Source: Candidatus Electrothrix yaqonensis
Lineage (GTDB): Bacteria > Desulfobacterota > Desulfobulbia > Desulfobulbales > Desulfobulbaceae
Assembly: GCA_047651235.1 (NCBI GenBank)
Contig: CP178758.1
Coordinates: 2,700,001 to 2,732,000 of the forward strand
Direction: 5' to 3'
Length of the DNA stretch: 32,000 nucleotides
Shown here piece by piece: positions 8,173 to 15,900 of the stretch. Positions within the stretch are counted from its first letter, which is position 1. Every line of letters starts with the position of its first letter. The translations under genes were made by a program, and so were the position numbers. The notes under the pieces are model-generated. The model was not told the DNA's origin. It worked only from the letters and a program-made list of their open reading frames with translations, and searched no databases.

Positions 8173-8524
8173 TGCGCTCTGCGTCTCCGCCTTTGGGATG
8201 TGATTGTCTTCCTTCCGATTTTTAATAGCAAATGATTTGATTTCGTTATCAAACCGTTCTGTTTGTTTATCTAAATATTTGATGAGCAGATCAAATTGCT
8301 GGATGAGCAGATCAAATTTTTTGATCTTTTTATCTAAATTTTAGATAATCTCATCTTATTTTTGGATGGGATTATCGAGGATACTGATAGGGAGATTGAA
8401 TTGATTTTATATTTTTTTGATATCTTTTATGTGCCCGATTAAGTGGTTAAATTGATTGTAGTTATCCTCTATATAATAATAATGTTCAATCGAAAAACGG
8501 ATTTGATTTCGCTAATAAAGTTAA

Positions 8525-9778
8525 ATGTCTAATATTTTTAATGCAATAATAGCGGGCCTGAGTATATCAATTAGAAAAATTGGACTCTTCTTTACTTCCG
8601 TTATTGCCGGGATTAAAATTATCTTGCTTAAGATAAAGGATTTTATATTATATTCTATAAATATTATTATCGATGGAATTATTCGTTTATGTAATTTGCT
8701 GATTGAAAAAATTGTTTCTTTAGTAAATTATCTGCTAAGAATATACTTATCTTTTGAATCCGGGGTAGTAAAATTTATACAGATCGTACTAAAATTTCTT
8801 ATAAAAATAAGATGGGGATGTGTAATTTTCACTTGTTTGTATGGTATTTGGATTTTTTTTGGATTTATTGCTTTTGTTGCCGCAATTTTTACATGCTTCA
8901 TTCTTTGGTTTATTGGACGTTCGAGTGCAGAGGAACAGGAAGAAAAATGGAATGAACGAATTGATAAAATTAATAGATTTATTGAAAATCCGTTAAGGTA
9001 TACTGTACGAATTATTTTAATAATTGTTCCTTTCGCTTTCTCTATTTATTATTTATTTAATGGTAGAAATCATACAGATAAAGGAAATAAAATTAATAAC
9101 GAGCTTATAGGTGATGAAAAAATAATACAAGATAGAGTCCTTCCTGAATTAAAAAAGAAACCATTACAGAAAAAACAAGTCAGTAAGCCTAATTTAGGCA
9201 AACAGGAGAAGGATAAGAAGAAAAATTATGATTTATTTAAGCCGGTAATCAAAAACGAACAAGATGTGATAGATAAATTGCCAATACCTTATTATGATTA
9301 TGATGCTTGTCCGTTTGAAGGTTGCGTCTATCGAGGGTGGACAGTTATGGAAAACACTCGGGTTAGAAAAGAAAAAGATATAAATTCTAATGTTTCATTT
9401 TATGTAAGAAAAGGAGAAACCGTTACTGCGTTAACTGGTGTTGTTGTAACTTTAAAACCGTCGAAGATATTGGTTTTAAACACATATAAAATTGACCAAG
9501 AAATAACTGTCAAAAAAGGAGATATTTTATATGAGTATACTTATTTAGGAGAAGGTTTTTCGAAAATATGGTTTAAAGGAAAAATGTACCATGATGGAAT
9601 ACCTATTAATCCAACTGATTTTGATATATTAAAAAAGGGAGAATCTGTCTGGTGGATTAAAATTAGAAACAAAGAAGGAAAAGAGGGCTGGACAAAAGAA
9701 GCAGAACATTTTGGTAATAAAGATTTATTTGGGATAAAAAACTATAAAAGTTTACCTTTATTTACAGTTTCAGATTAA
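8525..9778 (+). CDS. Hypothetical membrane protein. N-terminus is Ile/Leu-rich amphipathic with TM segments, the linker is Lys-rich, and the C-terminal half is beta-rich and SH3-like
   Basis: A 417-aa intact ORF in a strongly AT-rich segment. TM candidates are GCVIFTCLYGIWIFFGFIAFVAAIFTCFILWFIG and VRIILIIVPFAFSIYYLF. The linker is KKKPLQKKQVSKPNLGKQEKDKKKN. The C-terminal region (YDACPFEGCVYRGWTV...GESVWWIKIRNKEGKEGW) looks like bacterial SH3-type folds. This is an impression only. Confidence 0.6.
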   Translation: MSNIFNAIIAGLSISIRKIGLFFTSVIAGIKIILLKIKDFILYSINIIIDGIIRLCNLLIEKIVSLVNYLLRIYLSFESGVVKFIQIVLKFLIKIRWGCVIFTCLYGIWIFFGFIAFVAAIFTCFILWFIGRSSAEEQEEKWNERIDKINRFIENPLRYTVRIILIIVPFAFSIYYLFNGRNHTDKGNKINNELIGDEKIIQDRVLPELKKKPLQKKQVSKPNLGKQEKDKKKNYDLFKPVIKNEQDVIDKLPIPYYDYDACPFEGCVYRGWTVMENTRVRKEKDINSNVSFYVRKGETVTALTGVVVTLKPSKILVLNTYKIDQEITVKKGDILYEYTYLGEGFSKIWFKGKMYHDGIPINPTDFDILKKGESVWWIKIRNKEGKEGWTKEAEHFGNKDLFGIKNYKSLPLFTVSD

Positions 9779-9807
9779 GAAAGGAAGGGCTTAAGTTTTT
9801 CGTAAAC

Positions 9808-9916
9808 CTTAACAGGAAGTATCACCATGCCGCAAAATAACCTCATCGAACAAATCGCCCAACTCCTGGGCGTGGAATTTCCACGCCCCTTGATCCCTCT
9901 GAAGTAAAATCCCTGC
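9808..9916 (+). repeat. Copy 1 of a ~110-bp diverged direct repeat; contains RBS + ATG (9827) and a 26-codon ORF ending at 9907
   Basis: cttaacaggaagtatcaccATGccgcaaaataacctcatcgaacaaatcgcccaactcctgggcgtggaatttccacgccccttgatccctctgaagtaaaatccctgc aligns with 10718..10827. The core caaatcgcccaactcctgggcgtggaatt is identical. Peptide: MPQNNLIEQIAQLLGVEFPRPLIPLK*. Confidence 0.8.
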
Positions 9917-10027
9917 CCGGCTATGAGGTCGTTGCCGCCCGCTTTTCTTTTCTTGCTGTAATATGCTAAAATAAAAAAACAGGTTCTGATCGCCAACTGA
10001 CTTTCTGAAAATTACAAGGAGGATGCC

Positions 10028-10267
10028 ATGCCTTCAAATGCTGCCGGAGTAAAAAACAGTATCTCTGTTCAACCGCACGCTCTCAGCAATGTACAGATGG
10101 AACTTATCAAATTATATTCTACCAATTTAAATGATAACGAATTGCTGGAACTGAAAAATATTCTTGTGCAGCACTTCAGCCGAAAAGCGATCAACGAGGC
10201 TGACCGCTTATGGGAAGAAAAAAGAATGTCGGCACAGACTATGGATGACTGGCTGAATGAAAATTAA
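10028..10267 (+). CDS. Small protein, putative antitoxin partner of the downstream PIN gene
   Basis: 79 aa with RBS aaggaggatgccATG. It overlaps the PIN start by 11 nt, an operon geometry typical of type II toxin-antitoxin pairs. No DNA-binding fold recognised with certainty. Confidence 0.5.
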   Translation: MPSNAAGVKNSISVQPHALSNVQMELIKLYSTNLNDNELLELKNILVQHFSRKAINEADRLWEEKRMSAQTMDDWLNEN

Positions 10268-10804
10268 GCCGATATTTGTCATTGATACCAATGTGCTGCT
10301 CGTTTCAATATCCGGCAAATCACAGTATCATTGGATATTCCAAGGCTTGATCAATCAGGAATTCGAGATTGCCTTTACCACGGAAATCCTTTCGGAATAC
10401 GAAGAGATTATTGCAGCAAAGTATTCTCCATCAGTCGCTCAAAATGTCATCAGGACGCTTCTCGTTCTGCCGAATGCGGTTCAGACCGTTGTTATTACAA
10501 CTGGTGCTTACTATCGGACGATGACGACAATAAATTTGTCGATTGCGCTGTAGCGGCAAATGTCGATGCAGTCGTCACGCATGATAAACATTTCAATATT
10601 CTTGCAACCATTCCGTTCCCTTCTGTAAACGTTATTGACATTCCAAAGCTGGAAGATATGCTGAAGTTGCAGAGCAGGAAAATACAGCAAATTCAAAGCA
10701 GATTCATTTGTTGCAATCTTAACAAGGAGAATCACCATGCCGAACAACAACATCACCGACCAAATCGCCCAACTCCTGGGCGTGGAATTCCCGCCTCCCC
10801 TTGA
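10257..10804 (+). pseudogene. PIN-domain toxin (TIGR00305-like) interrupted by a 1-nt frameshift near 10485-10505
   Basis: Frame A (from 10257) gives MKIKPIFVIDTNVLLVSISGKSQYHWIFQGLINQEFEIAFTTEILSEYEEII... and stops at 10553. Frame B carries the expected continuation ...LLSDDDDNKFVDCAVAANVDAVVTHDKHFNIL... The conserved acidic residues are therefore split between two frames. Frame B then reads through into repeat copy 2. Confidence 0.7.
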
Positions 10805-10827
10805 TCCCTCGGAAATAAAATCCCTGC
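10718..10827 (+). repeat. Copy 2 of the ~110-bp direct repeat; contains RBS + ATG (10737) and a 35-codon ORF ending at 10844, 3 nt before the OMP start
   Basis: cttaacaaggagaatcaccATGccgaacaacaacatcaccgaccaaatcgcccaactcctgggcgtggaattcccgcctccccttgatccctcggaaataaaatccctgc. Peptide: MPNNNITDQIAQLLGVEFPPPLDPSEIKSLQKARP*. Confidence 0.8.
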
Positions 10828-10847
10828 AAAAGGCCCGGCCCTAACTG

Positions 10848-12389
10848 ATGCATTATAAAAAGATTAATATACTTTGTAGAACTTCTGCAGGCCTTACAGT
10901 ACTGCTTGCAGTTTCTTTGTTTATTTCCCCATTATCTGTTTTAGCCCAATCTGATACTCCAAATGAATTGGATGCCGTCCTTGAGGGCTTTGATGACAGC
11001 CCGGCAGAGCAATCATCTGACCGATCCGCTGGCCAGCCGGTCGATAGCGGCCTTGATGCTGTGCTGGATGGTTTTGAAGAACCTGAAGAATCAGAAGAGG
11101 TTGAAGGAGAGCAGCAGTCTGCCGTTTCGGTCAAAGACCCGGAAAAATCAAAGCCAGTTCTCCCTGCGTGGCTGAGCATAGACGGCTGGCTGCAGTTCGG
11201 CGCTGCCTATAATGTCGCCCACAACGCACCGGCAGACGGAAAGACCGACTGGCGTGGTTTGTCCAAGGCACGCACAGACCTGCAGATTGATCTTGAGGCC
11301 CGGTTTTCCGATGCCTGGTCCGGGAAGATAGGGGGCAAGGGATTCTATGACGCCGTCTATTCCCTGAAGGGCCGGGATGAGTACACCGATGCTGTGCTGG
11401 GCGAATACGAGGATGAACTGGAGCTGCGTGAGGCCTATGTCCAGGGCAAGCTCACAGATGATCTGGATCTCAAGGCGGGCCGTCAGATCGTGGTCTGGGG
11501 AAAATCCGACAACATCCGGGTGACGGATGTGCTCAACCCGTTGGATATGCGCGAGCCGGGCCTGACCGACATCGAAGACCTGCGCCTTCCTCTGACCATG
11601 ACCAAGCTGGACTATTACTTCGGAGACTGGAACCTGAGCGGCATGGCCATCCACGAAATCCGCTTCAACAAGCTCCCGGCCTACGGATATGATTTTTATC
11701 CGATCGATATGCTGATGCCGCCTGAAGATAAACCGGAAAATAGCCTGAAAAATACCGAATGGGCCCTCTCTCTCAGCGGCATATTCAGCGGCTGGGATCT
11801 CGACCTTTATTATGCCCGGATATTCAACGACGCCGCGCATATGGAATATGTTCTGGACGGCGAATCCGCGCAGATACGACAGAAGCACAGACGGCTGCAC
11901 ATGTTCGGCTTTGCCTACAACAGGGCTGCGGGCAACTGGCTGCTCAAAAGTGAGGGTGCCCTGCTGAACAGAGTGCAGTACAGCAACCGTCCCGGTGCGG
12001 GATATTCCCGCTTTGATGTGCTTGTCGGGGCGGAATATTCCGGTTTTGACGAAACCACGGTGTCTCTGGAAATCGCCAACCGCCATATCAACAACCACAG
12101 AGCAGATCTGGAGGCTGCACCGGACGGCGTGCTGCAGGATATGTTTCAGCTCGCCTTCCGCTGCAGTCGCGATTTTTTCAATGATACCCTGTCGCTTACC
12201 CTGCTGGCCATGCTCTACGGCCCTTCTTCTGCAGACGCTGCCTTTGAGCGGCTTTCTCTGGAATATGATCTGACCGACACGGTTATGCTGCGCGGCGGCG
12301 CAGTGCTGTATCAGTCCGGCGACCTGCTGAACATGTCCGGCATCGGCTATAATGACCGGCTGTTTGCTGAGATCCGCTATTCTTTCTGA
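10848..12389 (+). CDS. Outer-membrane beta-barrel protein, DUF1302-like
   Basis: Signal peptide ...LLAVSLFISPLSVLAQS. The acidic N-terminal region has a duplicated motif LDAVLEGFDD / LDAVLDGFEE. Core LKAGRQIVVWGKSDNIRVTDVLNPLDMREPG...LRLPL resembles DUF1302. The alternating beta-strand pattern and C-terminal ...AEIRYSF (terminal Phe) are typical of barrel OMPs. Confidence 0.65.
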   Translation: MHYKKINILCRTSAGLTVLLAVSLFISPLSVLAQSDTPNELDAVLEGFDDSPAEQSSDRSAGQPVDSGLDAVLDGFEEPEESEEVEGEQQSAVSVKDPEKSKPVLPAWLSIDGWLQFGAAYNVAHNAPADGKTDWRGLSKARTDLQIDLEARFSDAWSGKIGGKGFYDAVYSLKGRDEYTDAVLGEYEDELELREAYVQGKLTDDLDLKAGRQIVVWGKSDNIRVTDVLNPLDMREPGLTDIEDLRLPLTMTKLDYYFGDWNLSGMAIHEIRFNKLPAYGYDFYPIDMLMPPEDKPENSLKNTEWALSLSGIFSGWDLDLYYARIFNDAAHMEYVLDGESAQIRQKHRRLHMFGFAYNRAAGNWLLKSEGALLNRVQYSNRPGAGYSRFDVLVGAEYSGFDETTVSLEIANRHINNHRADLEAAPDGVLQDMFQLAFRCSRDFFNDTLSLTLLAMLYGPSSADAAFERLSLEYDLTDTVMLRGGAVLYQSGDLLNMSGIGYNDRLFAEIRYSF

Positions 12390-12467
12390 TTTTCCGATCT
12401 GTTCTGATCAGCCGATTTTTCTGCTGTTTCCTGCGGAGGACAGCGAGAAAGATGCATCGGATCCATC

Positions 12468-12491
12468 CGGTCAGCTTTGCTCAACTCTGCA
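12468..12491. repeat. Upstream copy of a 24-nt direct repeat flanking the giant gene
   Basis: cggtcagctTtgctcaactctgca matches 21440..21463 (cggtcagctCtgctcaactctgca), 23/24 identical. Weaker similarity extends about 17 nt to the left. After a ~10-nt indel it resumes on the right (gcagcagt). Confidence 0.85.
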
Positions 12492-12551
12492 ACCGGCTTC
12501 CGCAGCAGTGACTCCTTCCTTTCAGGCAAGCTCTCCCCATATTTATTTTCA

Positions 12552-12580
12552 TTGACAGTAAGATAATTTTTCCTCATAAA
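12552..12580 (+). promoter_or_regulatory. Candidate sigma70-type promoter P1 (TTGACA-N17-CATAAA)
   Basis: TTGACA at 12552-12557 and CATAAA at 12575-12580, followed by gaaagtaaaagtttt. It lies in the AT-rich leader of the giant gene. Confidence 0.25.
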
Positions 12581-12793
12581 GAAAGTAAAAGTTTTTTGTT
12601 TTTTCTACCAGTGATACTCCGCTGTTTCCCCCATGCCTTGCCCTTTCCAGGTCCTCTCTGGAAACTCAGAAAAATTGACCCGTCCCTGAGTTCTTTGCCG
12701 GAAAACTTCGCTAACAAGCTGTTCTTTCATAAAAGAAAATAGTTATCTTTTTTACTTGACCTTTTTTGTTTACAGGAAAAATTATTTTTTTTG

Positions 12794-12823
12794 TTGACAT
12801 GTATAGAGTATATCAAATATAAA
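12794..12823 (+). promoter_or_regulatory. Candidate sigma70-type promoter P2 (TTGACA-N18-TATAAA)
   Basis: TTGACA at 12794-12799 and TATAAA at 12818-12823, followed by aagtaaagtttt. It sits about 125 nt upstream of the AGGAGG RBS/ATG at 12949. Confidence 0.35.
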
Positions 12824-12948
12824 AAGTAAAGTTTTCTGAATTTTTTAATGTAATCATTGTTCGTCATATCTGCAATACCACAACAGCAAGGTTATATGGT
12901 ATTGCGGATGTAACCCGTCAAACATCCTTAAAAAGGAGGAGCTGAAAA

Positions 12949-15900
12949 ATGAAAAGAAGATTAGGGCACAAAAAACGAGGCCGCCCATGGCGCCTTACCG
13001 CTGCCGCGTTCAGTTTGGCAGCAGGTTTGGTTCTCGGCGTCCAGACAGCCCAGGCTGATGGCGCTGGCAACGCCGATGTCATACCCGATGTTGGGTGTAT
13101 GGAGGACGTTGCTGGCTTTGGTCTCAACTGTACGGCGAATGATGTGCAGCTCGCCAACGCAACAAACATCGTTATTTTGGATTCGGATGGCGGCTGTGCT
13201 TTTCCGGGTGATACGGTTACGTTTACGGCCGACTTTGAGGTGCTGTTGACCGCCCAGGCACGCCATGATGTGGGCATCTGGTTCGCCCAGGACGGCGACC
13301 CGAACGGCGACGGGGCGTTGACCGGTGCCTGTACCGCTGCCACGCCCGCCTATGCGCCTGATCTGCCCTGGTTGGATCTGGACGGGACAAGTGATCCATT
13401 GCCGGGTGATAATAAGCCATCGGGTACTCAGGATACCTGTGGTGATATAGACGACAGCCACAACCCGCTTTTCCCGTCGATTACGCTTACTGTCACCTGT
13501 ATCGATCCGGACGGTAACGGCAAACTGAATCTTCCCAACTGCACCAGTTGGCGTCAACCTGGGGCGAATGACCTCTGCACCAGCCCCCTCGGTGCTTTCC
13601 CAGGGGCACCCTCCAAATGCCGCTGCGATGACGGGTTTGAGGTTGATATTAATGTGCCTCCGGCTGAACTCAAAGTGGTCAAGACCGCCATTCCGGACAG
13701 CATCCCTGAACCGGGCGGCACAGTGGATTTTCAGGTTGAGGTAACCAACGCCTCGACTTTGTCTTCGGTGACACTCACGCAGATTGCCGATGATGAGAAT
13801 AATGACGGTACGAATGATATCTCGTACAATGCTTCTGAGGTTTGTCTTGATACCGAATTAAGTTCTTTAGAGACAACCACCTGTACCTTTACCCGCACTT
13901 TGTCCGGTAATGCCGGCGATATGCTGACGGATAAGGTAACTGCTTTCGGTATCGATGAAAACAGTAACGAGATTGAAGGTGGTGACACCGCAACCGTCGA
14001 GATTACAGATGTACCTTCAGCTGTTCAGGTGGAGAAGACTGTTGACCCGACCAGTGTTGATGAGCCGGGCGGCGAGGTGACCTACACCATAAAGGTGACC
14101 AATACCTCGACAGTAGACGCTGTGACCATTGACACGGTCAATGATCCCGATCTTGATGGTGACATCAGAGCCTTCTGCGGTAACCCGCCTTTGACGTTTC
14201 CGGTGACGCTGGCACCAAATGAATTTTTTACCTGTACCGTGCCGAGTTCAGTTGAGGGTAATGCAGGTGATCTGATTGACAATACAGCGTCGGCATCAGG
14301 CATTGATGACGACGGCAACCCGGTCAGTGATGATGACATAGCGACTGTCGCTATCAACAATGTGCCGTCTTCAATCATGCTGACCAAGAGCGTCGCACCC
14401 GAACAGGTGAACGAGCCTGGCGGCGATGTAATATACACTTTTGATGTGACGAATACCTCTAAGGTGGATAACGTCACGATTAACAGCATCAACGATCCTA
14501 ACTTGGGCGGTGACATCAGCGCGGCAGACTGTTCACCGAATCTGCCAGCAGCCTTGGCGCCGAGTGAAATGGTAACCTGCACTGTCAGCAGCTCCGTGAC
14601 CGGCAATGCTGGTGACAATATTCCGAATACCGCAACGGCTTACGGTGTTGATGATGATGGGTATTCGCTCAGTGCTGTGGATAGTGCCAATGTGGCGATT
14701 CTTAACTTACCGTCATCCATTCAGGTCATCAAGAGCGTTGATCCGACGATGGTGGATGAGCCTGGCGGCCCGGTGACCTACACCATAAGAATCACCAACA
14801 CTTCATCAGTAGATGAAGTCACCATCGATACAGTCAATGATGAACTCTTAGGCGGCGACATCAGCGCGGATTGTGACGCAACGGTGCCCGTGACGCTGGC
14901 CCCGAATGCTTACTTTACCTGTACCGTATCGGGTTCGGTTGAGGGTGCGGCAGGTGATATGATTCCTAATACAGCCTCTGCCAGCGGTACTGATGATGAT
15001 GGAGAATCTGTTTCCGGCAGTGATGGAGCACTGGTGGAAATTAAAGATGTGCCTTCCTCGGTAGTTTTGACGAAAACAGCAAATCCAACTTCCTTGGACG
15101 AACCAGGCGGCGAGGTCAGTTTTACCGTTGTTATAGAGAATACTTCGCCGGTGGATGCACTTACCTTGACCGGGTTGAACGATAATATCTACGGTGACCT
15201 GAACGGGCAGGGCGACTGCTCTGTACCGCAAACCATCGCGGTAGGCGACAGCTACAGCTGCTCATTTACCGGACAAGTGAACGGCAATGCTGGTGAAACC
15301 CACATCGATACGGTGACCGGTACCCTGAACGACGATGACGAGCAGACGCATAATCCGTCTGACGATGCGACGGTGGAAATTATCACGGCTCCACCGGAAC
15401 TTGCTGTAGTAAAGGATAACGATGCTGACGGCAATGGTAGTTTTACTGATACGGAGACGGTACCGGCTACGGCAACATATCCGAAGACTATCCCTTATCA
15501 AGTGGCCATCACAAATAACAGCGGTTCTGCCGCAACTATCACCGCCATCGGTGATACTCCCCATGACATCATGGGATCAAGCTGCGCAGCGTTGCTGAAT
15601 ACAACGATCAATGCGGATCAAACCGTAACATGTACCTTTAATGCGACTTTTGTCAATGCTGATAGCGGTTCTGTTACCAACACTTTTGAGGTGACGGCAG
15701 ATAATACCGCTGGTTCAGATACAGCGAGTGACACGTCAAAGGTTAATTTCGAGCAGAACCCGGCAATGACTGTGGAGAAAAGCTCAACCACAACAGGGCT
15801 TTCCGCTCCGGCAACGGTTCCTTACAGCTATCTGGTCAGCAACACCGGTAACGTGACGCTGACAGGTATCAGTCTGGCAGACAATAATATCGATGCAGAG

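Noticed and set aside
9775-9996. 73-aa minus-strand ORF (and 10511..10756 minus)
   Set aside because: Both are antisense to the ~110-bp repeat copies, hence the shared FGMVIL/CGMVIL peptides. They have no RBS, and the repeat is better explained as plus-strand gene 5' ends.
11148-12098. 316-aa minus-strand ORF
   Set aside because: It is antisense to the DUF1302-like OMP gene. The OMP has a signal peptide, barrel pattern and C-terminal Phe. This ORF has none of those features.
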